Below are positions 51,567 to 64,000 of a stretch of DNA of 64,000 bases, piece by piece; the first letter of the stretch is position 1; every line of letters starts with the position of its first letter. The position numbers and the translations under genes were made by a program. The notes below the pieces were generated by a model that saw nothing but the letters and a program-made list of their open reading frames with translations, was not told where the DNA came from and ran no database searches. Origin of the DNA: Azolla caroliniana (taxonomy: Eukaryota > Plantae > Polypodiophyta); contig JBHGNT010000002.1 of NCBI GenBank assembly GCA_043228905.1, positions 16,058,001-16,122,000 of the forward strand, given 5' to 3'.

Positions 51567-53653
51567 CTTCTTGAGGTGTTGGTGGTCCTTCTGGAAATGT
51601 CTAGGCTTTCCACAATAAAAACATGTCAGTTTGCCTTTGGACTTGAACCTGGCTTGGGACTTGTCCCTTCTTTGTGGACTTCTTTGCTAGTTTGTTGAGT
51701 CAAGTTTGACTCCGACCGAGCCAGGACACCCTTGTCCTTCCTTCTTGTCTCCTCATTCAAGATGCTTGTCTTTACCGCTTGTAGAGACAAGTTCTCTTCT
51801 TGACATGAAGTGTTGAGAGTCACCACCAGATTCTCACCGCTGCCCGGCAGGGTACACAGTAGTAGAATGGCATGCATTGCATCCTCAAGGGGAAACTTGG
51901 TTGCTGCAAGTTCGTTCACATACCCCATGAATGTGCTTACATGCTCCACTATGCTTTCTCCGTCCCTATACTTCAATCTCACAATCTTTCTCATCAAAGA
52001 TGTTTTTTTGAGGGCTTTCTTCCTCCATATAGACTTGAGAGCTTCTGCCACATCTCATAGGAATTTGTGTCGTTTGCCACATGCTGAAGCACACTTACAT
52101 CAACGCATTGTCTGATGGTGGCCACCACCTTTCTATTCAGAAGTTTTCATTCAGACTCTAATACCCCCATGGGTATTTTTGATCTGTCAATTGGCTCATA
52201 CATGTCTTTAACAATAAGAAGGCCTTCCATCTTTATCTTCTAGTCTGCATAGTTCTGAGAGTTTAGAACTATCATACCTGGGAAGCCACTCACACCTCCT
52301 TCCATGCTTGAACCTCAAGCGCTGATACCAGTTTATTGGGATCCGATCCCAGATTCGTGAGGAAGACCGATTGTGTAATACACAATAATGCGGAAAGTAG
52401 AAAATAGCAAATACACAGTTTTATGTGGAAACCCTAAATACGAAAAACCACGGGAAGAGAGATCCACTATACAATGGAGAATACAAAGGAGACAATATAC
52501 AACACTCTTTCCTAGAATTGCATGGGAAGCAAGTAAAAAGATCCAAAAGACGCATAAAAGCAAAATTTTGTGTTCCGGTTGGATGCAAATTATAGAAAAA
52601 TGGTTTGGTAGATGGGATGCGAGACACTTGCTTCATGATGCATCACTAGATTCCTCTATAAATGAAACCTTTTTGTAACGCCAATGTATCATGACATGGG
52701 ACAAATGTGGAGGCTCACGCTTCACACATTATACTACACATGTTGCACCTAACTACAAAACCATATTCTTTGCGGAATGGGGAAACCTTACACATCGATA
52801 CATGTTAGAGCCCATACCATTATCTGCCATTCGAACCATTGCTTCCATGCGACTTAGCTCACATGCATTGCGATGTGAGACACTACGTTGGGGCACAAGT
52901 GATGAGAGTCACGGTCGGCTATGCACACTTTGCCCTAAACAAGTTTGCGAGTCGGAGTATGAAACTTTAATACAATGCTCTACCTTTGATCATATTCAAC
53001 CATGCTTTCCACATCTCTTTGACCAAGCCCAATCCTTGCATGAATTCCTCTCACAACCACAATGTGCACTCTCGATTGCAGAATTCATTGGTGAAGTTCT
53101 TGAACATCGAGAGTCACTACTCACTTTCACACGTATCACGTGAAATGTAATATTTTTGGTCTCATAGGTCATATTTGACCTCCGAAGACGATAATATAAT
53201 CTATCTATCTCTGTAATGCACAGCTACAGGAACACTACACTATCCTACTATGTTCTACTCTAACTTCTATTCTACACTAACTTCTTTTGCCCTACGTGTA
53301 TTTATACTTATACACCTTATGGGCTACTTACAAATGTAGTCCATACCACTCTCACTTATATTATTATACTAATAATAATAGCAATTAATCAGCCGACACC
53401 TGTGTCGACTGTCCAGTCGGCCCGACTAGTCGGCCTTTTCGTCGACCATTTGGTAGGTCCGACTAGTCGGTCATGTCTTCGACTTGGATTACTTACTATG
53501 TTTTTGACTCTTCATGTCGACTCTCTCTCAGTCGACTCTTCATGACATCGATTGTCAGCTCTCAGCCTGACCAGTCGGCCACTCCTTGTCTTCAACTGTT
53601 AGTTCTTAGCCCGACCAGTCGGCTCCTCCCATAGGAGGGACATATTCCTAACA
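51567..53653 (-). mobile_element. Ty1/copia 5' part (gag, PBS 52319-52330, LTR about 52334-53653 with a LINE fragment inside)
   Basis: The gag is homologous to 46235-46950, and the LTR is homologous to 45512-46207 in reverse. Confidence 0.8.
52511..53212 (+). mobile_element. 3' end fragment of a non-LTR retrotransposon inserted in an LTR
   Basis: ORF 52691-53143 reads MRLSSHALRCETLRW...RLCTLC...ESEYETLIQC, resembling a LINE ORF2 C-terminal zinc-finger region. It ends in an (ATCT)n tail. Confidence 0.65.
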
Positions 53654-55269
53654 CTTTGCACCTGCATACAAATAAGTGAGAACTAGTTTTGGCCGGTAGG
53701 ATCCTCACAAACTGGTATCAGAGCGATGGATGAACATTTTGGTGGAATGTTCAAGTTAACCAGCTCCAACTACTCAATGTGGAAGTCGAAGATGCAGGAT
53801 ATGCTCGTGTGTAAAAATTTATGGTTGCCGATGCAATACGGCAAGAGAAAGCTTGACAAGATCGATGTAGCGACTTGGGAATTCATGCATCTAATGACAA
53901 CAACATACATAAGGTGTTTTATAGACATGAGTGTATACCACAACTTCAATGAAGAGAAAAATGTTGAAGTCCTTTAGAAGAAGATCGACATAATGTTCGA
54001 GAACAAAAATGTTGTTAATAGACTCTCAGTATTCCGGAAGATTGTGAGACTCCGGTATCAGGATGACTCCAGCATGGCGGAGCACCTGAATGCCTTCTGG
54101 GGACTAATCAATCAAACCACCTCTCGAGAAGTACCTCTTGCCAATGAGGTATTGGCATTGTTGCTACTGGGATCCCTTTCGGATAGCTGGGAAACGCTGG
54201 TTGTCACATTAGGAAACACCGGACTAGACGGGAAGCATCTATCCCTAGAGACGGTAAAGTCAAGCTTATTAAATGAGGAAGCTTGCCAGAAGGACAAAGA
54301 GTCCATAACCGACCTGAAGGCCTTAGTCACAGAAGGTGAAATGAACCGGGGAAGATGCCGGAATAGAAGTCCCCATAATCGGGAGAAATCGGGGACAAGG
54401 TCGAAGTCGAGGGGGAGGCCCACTTGCTTCTAATTTGGGAAGCAAGAAAGACAAAGGGGGAGTTAAGATGTTGTAGAGCGGAAGAAAATTCCGGACAAAA
54501 GAGGCACCTCTGTGATCACGACAAGTGAGGAAGAGTTGTTGCTCATCAGTAAGCAAAATGAAGTGAACCTTGTCAACGACGGAACATCCTTCAACTTGAC
54601 CCCTGACTAGAAAAGCTTCTCATCATACACAGTCGGGGACCACGGTTTTGTGAATATGGGAAATGAAGGAGCATGCCGAATTGTCAGCATAGGAGATGTG
54701 TGTTTGATGAATTCAACTGGGTGTTGACTAGTATTGCAAGATGTGTGTCATGTTCCGGAGGTCAGATTGCATCTGATATCAGTTGATCGGCTAGATGATG
54801 AAGGCTACACAGGTAGCATCTGGAACGGTACACAAGTTCTGCAAGGGAAACCTAATCGTGGCCCAAGCCTAGAAGACAAACACATTGTATTTGATGCATG
54901 CTCGAGTATGCCAGGATGAAGTAAATGTGGCAGCAACCATAGCCGGTGAGTTGTGACAGAAGAGGCTATGACACATGAGTGAGAAGTGACGGGAACCCAA
55001 CGTTCCTTATGCGCGACGCTCGGCCACAACCGAGCGTAGAATGATACACAGAAAACGGGAAATAAAACACGACACAAAGGAGAGGAAGATATACACACAC
55101 TACACAGGAGGTTTACGTGGAAAACCCCAAACTAGGGGAAAAACCACGGCAGTCCACAGGCTGCAAACTGTCACTATGTAAGAATGTACAAAACAGTGAG
55201 TCCACGGAGGCAACGACCTCGTGCTCACGATCTTCGCCACAGGCGGCGGTTACAACAGAGGCAACGACC

Positions 55270-55315
<46 letters not shown>

Positions 55316-56809
55316 CAGTTACACACTCTGATTTCGTGCAAGACAGAAATTGACAACAACAACAACTCAAAGTTTGCCCTAAGTCATATTTATACTAATA
55401 TGACTTTTTCGGCTATTCACAAATGTAGCCTCGATGGGCTCTCAGAAACATATTTACGAATATGTCTCTTCATTCGGTTCTCACCGGGTCTATACCATCC
55501 GGCTCTCCGTAGCCGGGTACTCCTCATCCGGTTCATATCGGGCCTGCACCATCCGGCTCTCCGTAGTCGGGTACTCCTCATCCAGTTCATACCGGGCCTG
55601 CACCATCCGGCTCTCCGTAGCCGGGTACTCCTCATCCGGTTCATACCGGGCCTGCACCATCCGGCTCTCCGTAGCCGGGTACTCCTCATCCGGTTCATAC
55701 TGGGCCTGCACCATCCGGCTTTCCGTAGCCGGGTACTCCTCATCCGGTTTCGGCCTTGGCCGAGTTTGTTCGTCGGCACTGTTCTTCTCCCTTCCCATCC
55801 GGAGGGACCTGTCTCCCAACAAGAAGGGGATGCAAAATCTTGCCGAGGATAACCTCATTCTGGAGGTGAAGAATGTGCAACTTGAGAAGTGCATTGATTG
55901 CTTGGCCGACAAGCAGAACAGAACCTCCTTCTGATCAAGAACCCCGATGAGAAAGAAGGCACAACTAGAACTCGTGCATGCAGATGTATGCTACGTGGAC
56001 ACTAAGTCACATGCCGGTTCACAATCTTTTGTGACCTTCATAAATGATTTTAGTCGGAAGTTGTGGGCTTTCGTTTTGAAGATGAAGGACTAGGTGTTAT
56101 CCATCTTCAAGGAGTTCCATGCAAGAGCCAAAAGAGAAACCGGTTGGAAGTTAAAAGCGGTTTGAGCTTACAACAAAGGGGAATACCGAGGGTAGTTCGA
56201 GGAGTACTATCTGTTGAAGGGAATCCGGCTCGAATACACAGTGATGAAGACACCAGAGCTTAACGGGTTGGCCGAGAGAATGAATTGAACAGTCATGGAG
56301 AGAGTCTAGAGCCTATTGGCACATGTAGAGCTATCAAAGACCTTCTGGGCTGAGGCGTTGATGACGGTTGTTTATGTGATAAATAGATCACCCTTAGTAC
56401 CCTTAGCTAAAGATATTCCACAAAGGGTGTGGACTGGCAAAGACGTGTCGTACCGGCATTTGAGGGTGTTCGGTTGTCTTGCCTATGGGCATGTAGCAAA
56501 GGACCTAAAAGGAAATTTGGACCCGAAGTCTTGGCCATGCATATTTCTAGGATACGGTGACGATAAATTCAGTTACCAGCTATGAGACTTAGCCGAGCAG
56601 AAAGTAATTTGGAGCCGAGACATAGTCTTCATGGAGGAGAATATTATTGCCGATTGGGAGAAGGAGAAGTGGGGAACGTCCTCCCATCCTGTCAAAAGTC
56701 GAATACCGATTGAAGAACAAGGGGAGCCAACCAGATCTAGACAGGGAGTCGGGTCAGTCGAAGTCCAGTTGCAAACCAGATTTGGATAGGGATACACACA
56801 GGGGTTCGT
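53654..56809 (+). mobile_element. Decayed Ty1/copia (PBS about 53713-53724, gag-PR-IN), interrupted by a solo LTR
   Basis: TGGTATCAGAGC precedes MDEHFGGMFKLTSSNYSMWKSKM; integrase motifs FWAEAL and HLRVFGC. Confidence 0.85.
54987..55821 (-). mobile_element. Solo LTR of the 38906-44579 family
   Basis: TG..CA ends, perfect TSD AGAAG, and internal 54-bp tandem repeats. Confidence 0.92.
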
Positions 56810-56936
56810 TGTTGAGGACGTGACTATCTAGGTGCAGAACAATCTAAACACTCTTCTATGAGGAGATCGTTAATAGATGCAATGAAGAATATTGATGGCA
56901 ACAAGAAACAGAATCAAGAAGGAAGATCAACAAGAA

Positions 56937-56967
<31 letters not shown>

Positions 56968-57143
56968 CATTAGGCACAAGATGAACTATATTTGCAACAA
57001 CCAAAAAGGTAGGTTACAAAGCCAGTTTATATACTGACAAACTTAGGGCAACTGCCCTTCTCACTATTTGCATAAATAGGCTAAACCTAGTGTGTACAAA
57101 GGGAGACAATGTGAATACGTTCATTAGAGACCCGCATTCAACA
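56810..57143. mobile_element. Probable LTR fragment
   Basis: TGTTGA...TCAACA ends and a (GA)n tract; resembles the LTR at 3367. Confidence 0.5.
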
Positions 57144-57144
57144 T

Positions 57145-60100
57145 TGTTGGAATAAAAGGCCGACTCCTTCCAAGTTGTATCTGTCTAAGTGTGAACTCGT
57201 CAATAAGTTAGGGCTTAGTATATAAGCAAATACCTAACATTGTATAGAGTGACGAGTGATAGAGAGACAAAGTGTCTATGCATTGTATCTCAGAGAGATA
57301 GTGAGAACGAAGCAATAAAGCTTTCCATTAGAGCTTGCACTGTGTAAGACCACGCTTATTCTATTTTTTGTTTGTGTTGTTTGTTGTCCAGTACCGACAA
57401 CACATCCATACACGTTTCTGCAAATCGCACTCGTTACCGACAACTGGTATCAGAACGAACCTTTACTGTTCGGCGGCAACAGACAACAGAAGAAGCTGAA
57501 AGAAAAGACCAGGTCAAAAATCTCAAGTTCACAAACAGAATATGGCTTCAACATCCAGAACAGGAGTTGAAATCAGAAAATTCGACGGCAAAAACTTTGT
57601 CTTGTGGAAGGAGATGATGCAGGATGTGCTGATCATTCAAAGACAGGTCGAAGCCATTCGGCAAAGCGAAAAACCTGCTTCAATGACAGCTGAGGCGTGG
57701 AGATCAATGGACGAAATCGCACACTCCACCATCCGAATGCATCTGGCTGAAAACGTCTATTTTAGCATGGCAAAAGAGACGACAGTGTTCTCATTGTGGG
57801 AGAAGCTACAAGCCATTTATAAAAAGAAGTCCTCATCTTCGAAATTGATTTTGATCAAACAATTGTTCAACATGAAGATGAAATAGACTGATTTGGCAAC
57901 CTCCCACATCAATGCCTTCAGCTAAGTGTTGTTAGAGCTCTCGTCACAAGGGATCAACTTCGAAGAAGAAGTGAAAGCCCTTGCCCTCTTATCGAGCTTG
58001 CTGGCGAGTTGGGAGGTATTCTGCACAACATACGCCAATAGCCAACCCATCCTAAACTTGGACGAAACAATCGGTCAAGTCCTCACAGAGGACATCAGGC
58101 GAAAATCGATGGGACTAACCATCGATGAGTCAGCAAAATCCTATCACTTGACCGAGTCGTTCGACCGACAAAGTCGAACGAAAGAACAAGCCGACAGAAC
58201 CAGTCGACGCTACAGCCAATTGAAAACGGGGGGAGATCGACAACGGTCGAAGTCGAAAACGGGCCAATCAAGCGAGTACTGCACACACTGCAGGAAAGCT
58301 GACCACAATGTTTCTGACTGCTGGTCAATAAAGAGAAAAGAGAGTGGTCGGCGATCACAGCGGAATCGGGGACGTTCCGACTCGGACCACTCTCTAGTCG
58401 GCAACCAGATCAATGTTGCTGACACCCGATCTAAAGAAATCCTTTCCTTCGAGGACTCAATGATCGGAGTGACAGGAATTGGACGCTCCGTATACGCAAC
58501 GCTCGGCCACAACCAAGCTTAGAATCATACACAGAAAACGGGAAATAGATGTTAGACACAGAAAAGAGAAGAGTACACAGGATGTTTACGTGGAAAACCC
58601 AAACTAGGGAAAAAACCACGGCAGCCCACAGGCTGCAAACTTCTCCCGGTTCTGGGGACTACGGTTTCTATGTCTTATGCGTTCCGATTCGGTAAGGAGC
58701 GCTTTGGAGTCGGAGCTCATATCTTTATCTTTCCGATGCGCCTCCTCATCTAGCAAGCTCGACTTTACTCTTGCTAGGGATAACCGCTTTCCTTCCGGCC
58801 CGGCGTTGCCCAAAGTGACAACCAACGTCTCCCAGCTATCCGGGAGGGAACCGAGCAGGAGTAGTGCTAGTACCTCGTCGGCGAGAGGTACTTCCAATGA
58901 AGTTGCCTGGTGGATCAGACCCTGGAAGGCATTCATGTGCTCCGCCATGCTGGAGCCATCTTGGTACCGGAGTCTTACTAGCTTCCGGAATATCGAAACC
59001 TGATTAACAGTATTTTTGTTCTGAAACATAATGTCGATCTTCTCCCAGAGCTCATGAGCCTTGCTCTCTTCATTGAAGTTGTTGTATAGGCTCATGTCGA
59101 TGAAGCACCGTATGTACGCCGTTGTCTTCATGTGCATCACCTCCCATATCGTGGCATCGATTTTGTCCGGTCTCTTATCCCCAAATTGAATCGGCAGCCA
59201 AAGGTCTTTAACCACGAGCATATCCCTCATCTTCGACTTCCACACTGAATAGTTGGAGCCGGTGAGCTTGAACATGCCGCCCAACGATTCGTCCATTTTC
59301 TGTGTGGTTTCGCTCTGATACCACTTGACAAGAACTGGACGCTCCATATACGCAACGCTCGGCCACAACCAAGCTTAGAATCATACACAGAAAACGGGAA
59401 ATAGATGTTAGACACAGAAAAGAGAAGAGTACACAGGATGTTTACGTGGAAAACCCAAACTAGTGAAAAAACCACGGCAGCCCACAGGCTGCAAACTATC
59501 ACTATGTTAGAATGTACAATAGTGAGTTCACGGAGGCAACGACCTCGTGCTCACGATCTTCACCACAGGCGGCGGTTACAATCAAAGGCAATGATCTCTT
59601 CCTCTCTCTCTCACTCTTTGTACACTGTTACGCACACTGGTCTCACGTAGACAAGAATAACAACTACTAAAAGTTTGCCGTAAGTCATATTTATACTAAT
59701 ATGACTTTTCGGGTATTTACAAATATAGCCATGATGGACTCTCAGAAACATATTTACGAATATGTCTCTTCATCCGGTTCTCATCGGGTCTGCACCATCC
59801 GGCTCTCCATAGCCGAGTACTCCTCATCCGGTTCTCACCGGGTCTGCACCATCCGGCTCTCCGTAGCCGGGTACTCCTCATCCGGTCTTCACCGGGTCTG
59901 TACCATCCGGCTCTCCGTAGCCGGGTACTCCTCATCTGGTTTCGGCCTCGGCCGAGTTTGTTCATCGGCACTGTTCTTCTCCCTTCCCATTCGGAGGGAC
60001 CTGTCTCCCAACATGGAGAAGTCCTCTACAGTGCACAAGTTGCACACACGTGGCTACTAGACTCTGGTGCCACATTTCACATGACCCCCAACATTGAATG

Positions 60101-62604
60101 GTTCTCGAACTATTCACCCGACGGGGAAATGGGCAGGAGTGCAAGATAGCCGGAACCGGGGAGGTTCCTATCAGATTGTCAAATGGCAACACAATAACCC
60201 TGCACCGAGTTTGGCACGTACCCGATCTAAAGAGGATTCTGGTCTCCATCGACATGTTAACCGAAGACGGGTCCAGAATGACTCTACACGAGTTGACATG
60301 GGTGATCAACCAAGGAAACCTCAAAATCGGTAGTGGGTACAAGTATAATAATCTATACCCATGGATATTGATCAACCCTGAAGGGGGCGTGAACGTAGCC
60401 GGAAAAACCGACCCGAACTTAGGGCATGGCCGACTTGGCCACATGTCTCAAGCCGGACTTGATCGGCTGATGTCGGTCGGCTACATCCCGAATCTCCAGG
60501 CAAAGACAAACTTCTACGAGCATTGTTGATATGGGAAACAGAGCCGAAGTCCGCACTCTCTCCACTACGAGACGGTACGACAACCCCTAGAGCTCGTGCA
60601 CACAGACATATGTGGGCCCATGCCAGAACGATCACTAGGAGGCTCTTGGTACTTCATCACATTCGTAGATGACTGTACACAGAAAGTTTGGGCATACTCC
60701 ATCAAGTCCAAAGATGAAGCGTTCGAGGTCTTCACTTGATGGATATCTGAAGTGGAGAACCGGTCGGGATACAGTGTGAAGACACTCTGATCCGACAACG
60801 GAGGTGAGTACACCTCCAGAGCCTTTAAACGGTACCTGTCCGGAAAAGGGATCTGACACCAAAAGATTGTTCCCTACACACCCATGCAAAATGGAGTGGC
60901 AGAACGGATCAACAGGACAATCCAAGAGAGTGTGACAGCAATGCTCCAGCAAGTCGAACCAAAACTTGAATTCTGGGCCGAGGCATTGCAGACGGTAGTG
61001 TACCTCATAAATCTGGTGCCGTCAAGAGCAATCAAGCTCGAAGTGCCACAGGTACTACGGTCAGGCAAACAGTCGACCTACAATAGGCTCCGTATATTCG
61101 GATGTGAAGCCTACGCGTTCATCCCCAGGGACAAAAGGACGAAGTTGGCACCCCATGCAACAAAGTGCATATTTCTCGGTTATGGAACCGATGGGGACTT
61201 CGGCTACCGACTATGGGACCCTGAGAACCGGAAATTGATCCGGAGCAACGACGTAGTCTTCAATGAAGACTCTATCTTCTCTCAGCGGAACCAATAGAAA
61301 ATTGTTGGTAAGAAGGTATCCTTCGAAGATGACAGCATTGTCGTAGAAGGACCGACCCACCAGGCCGAATCAGAGACTCGACAAACAGTTGAACTCCAAC
61401 AAGCTACCAACTTCCCTGCCGACACCGAATCGGCAACAAGTCCTATTGTCGAACTCAATGACAAAGTCATCAAAGACATAGCCGAATCGACAAGGATCGA
61501 TAAAGGCAAAGTCACCAAGAAACAAGTTAGAAAAGAGTTGACAACAACCATAAGGGAGGACAACCAGACACCATTGAAATCCCAATCTGGGGGCGGGACA
61601 CCTAACAAGTCTCCTAATATAGATGGTTCAACTAATGGCACCCAAGAGATCTGGACGAGCTCGAAGGCAAACAAAGTTCTATCAACCCGGCCTCGACTAC
61701 GTCAACTACACGGATGCATGCGAACCAAGCACATATGAAGAAGCTATGGTTGCACTGGACGCCGAGACATGGCTACAAGCCATGAAATCCAAAATGGACT
61801 CGATTCATCATTATCAAACATGGGAGCTGGTCGAACTACCAGCTGGAAGGAAGCCGCTACCTTGCAAATGGGTTTTCCGATACAAGTATGTATCCGACTC
61901 AGAGAAACCCAAGTACAAAGCTCGACTTGTCGCGAAAGGATTCAAACAGGAATATGGGGTCAACTACAACGAGATATTGTCACCAGTAGTCAAGATGACC
62001 ACCCTCCGACTCCTACTAGGAGTCGTGATGATAGAAGATCTAGAGCTCGAGCAAAGGGATGTAAAGACGGCATTCCTACACAGAGATCTGGAAGAAGACA
62101 TATACATGTCTCAACCGGCAGGCTTCACGGCGACGAGGGAGGACATTCACCTCGTATGTCGACTAAAGAAAAGTCTATATGGCCTAAAACAAGCACCGAG
62201 AATGTGGTACCAGAAGTTTGACTCCTACATACGGCAGCTTGGATACAACATATCAGACTTTGACCCATGCATGTATGTTCGGAAACTGGCCGACGAGTCA
62301 AGGATCTATCTGATCCTATACGTCGATGACATGTTGATTGCAGGAAGCAATCAAGCAGAGATTGGTAAGCTGAAGCGGAGCCTTCACGCAAAGTTCGCGA
62401 TGAAGGAACTCGGACAAGCCCGACACATACTAGGCATGAGGAACTCGGACAACAAAAATTCTCTGACTCTCCCAGTCCGAATACATCCGCAAGGTGCTGA
62501 AGTGCTTCAACATGGAGAATGCGAAGTCAGCACCGACACCACTTCCGAAATTGATTGGACTATCAGACAAAGACTTTCCTTCGACAGACAAGGAGAGAGA
62601 CATT
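57145..62604 (+). mobile_element. Decayed Ty1/copia (LTR 57145-57442, PBS 57445-57454, gag-PR-IN-RT), interrupted at 58470 and again at 62605
   Basis: Motifs KFDGKNFVLWKEMM, CTHCRKADHNVSDC, WLLDSGAT, QNGVAERINRT, KARLVAKGF and LYVDDML. Confidence 0.88.
58470..60013 (-). mobile_element. Internally deleted copia of the 38906 family (5' LTR 59326-60013, PBS, gag N-half fused directly to the end of the 3' LTR)
   Basis: TSD CGGAG/TGGAG. The gag ORF 58604-59368 runs into LTR sequence at about 58640. Confidence 0.85.
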
Positions 62605-64000
62605 TGTTGGGATTACGGTCCCTCCGGATGGGATGGTCAGATGTCCGGGAATCGGGAATGAAGACCCGAATGAGGAGTACCCGGTATCGGAACCGGATGA
62701 TGAAGACCCGGTTTCGGATCCGGATGATGAAGACCCCGGCTACGGAGCCGGATGACGAATGTACCCGGAGAGAGATCCGGATGCGAGGACATATTTGTGA
62801 ATATGTTTGCCAAGGGCCCTCGAGGCTATATTTGTAAATAGCCCGAAAGTCATTTGTGTATAAATATGACTTAGGGCAAACAGTTTTGTTGTTGTTGCTC
62901 ATTTTTCTGTTTCCCACTTAGAGGGAGCGAAGTGAGAGCAGCCGAGAGAGAGAGTGAGAGAGAGAGAAAGGAAGAGGTCGACGCCTCTGTGTAATACCGC
63001 CGCCTGTGGCGAGGACAGCGAGCTCAAGGTCGTCGCCTTGCAGCTCGCCATTGTACATTCCCTGCGTATAGTGATAGTTGGAGTCTTGCACTCCCGTGGT
63101 TTTTTCCCGTCTAGGGTTTTCCACGCTAAACCCTGTGCATTCAAGTCTCTCTCTGTGTTTTCGATTTTCTGCTGCATTGATTCGTGTTTCCTCGGTTGTG
63201 GCCGAGAGGTGAAGGTTTTGAAAGCGTCAATTCCTAACAATCTGGTATCAGAGCGACTGCAGTGCAGAAAATGGAAGGCGGCAGCAGCGGGCAGCCGGGG
63301 ATGATGGTGCTGAATGCGCAGAACTACGCCGACTGGAAGATAAAGATGGAGGATCTGCTCATTGTTCGGGACCTGTATGAACCGATCGACAGGTCGGAAA
63401 TACCCAAGGGGGTACTTGAGACGGAATGGAGGCTTCTGAACCGGAAAGCCGTTGCAACCATTCGGCAATACGTCGACGTGAGCGTTCTACAACATGTGGC
63501 GAACGACACCAACGCATATGAGATGTGGCAGAAGCTGTCGGGCCTCTACGAGAGGAAGAATGCGTTGAACCGGACCTCCCTGATGAGGAAGATAGTGAAC
63601 CTCAAGTACCGGGACAGCGAGAGTATGGTGGAACACGTAAGCACGTTCATGGGATTCGTGAACCAGCTTGCGGCGATCAAGTTCCCGTTGGAGGATGCAA
63701 TGCAAGCCATCATGCTGATGTGTACATTGCCGGAAAGCTGGGAGAACTTGGTGGTGACCCTCAGCACCTCCTGCACCGAAGATAACTTGTCCCTACAAAC
63801 AGTAAAGACAAGCATTTTGAACGAAGAAGCGCGTCGGAGAGATAAAGAACCGGCCTCCGATCCGAAGATGCTGCTTACCGAATCGGATCGGGGAAGACAA
63901 CGGAACCGGAGTCCGCAAAGACGGGCGAAGTCGGGGACCCGGTCGCAGTCAAGAGGAAGGCCCACATGCTTCCACTGTGGGAAGCCGGGGCACTTCCGAA
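62605..64000 (+). mobile_element. Young Ty1/copia 5' end (LTR 62605-63239, PBS 63243-63254, gag open from 63271 to the window end)
   Basis: TG..CA LTR; TGGTATCAGAGC; uninterrupted reading MEGGSSGQPGMMVLNAQNYADWKIKME...CFHCGKPGHFR. Confidence 0.9.

Overview
Eukaryotic land-plant DNA, almost all nested transposons. It holds many Ty1/copia LTR retrotransposons (one nearly full-length with TSD, several solo or truncated LTRs), two LINE remnants, a chromovirus chromodomain/LTR fragment and two hAT-type MITEs. The one host gene is a 10-exon core-2/I-branching (BC10/DUF266-like) glycosyltransferase at 14547-17490. The standout is a 9.3-kb TIR DNA transposon (23387-32681; 36-bp TIRs beginning AACA; 4-bp TSD TTGT). 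It carries a DUF7869-like DDD/E transposase and, divergently, an intact 6-exon gene for a 973-aa ParB-like domain plus beta-class N6-adenine/N4-cytosine DNA methyltransferase. The first intron of that gene contains a 51-bp-periodic array of near-perfect palindromes. A second, independent, internally deleted relative (35246-44951, opposite orientation) keeps remnants of both genes and about 20 homologous palindromes with symmetric changes. The transposase + ParB-MTase + palindrome array therefore looks like a conserved three-part mobile system. All domain calls come from manual motif reading; no database search was run.
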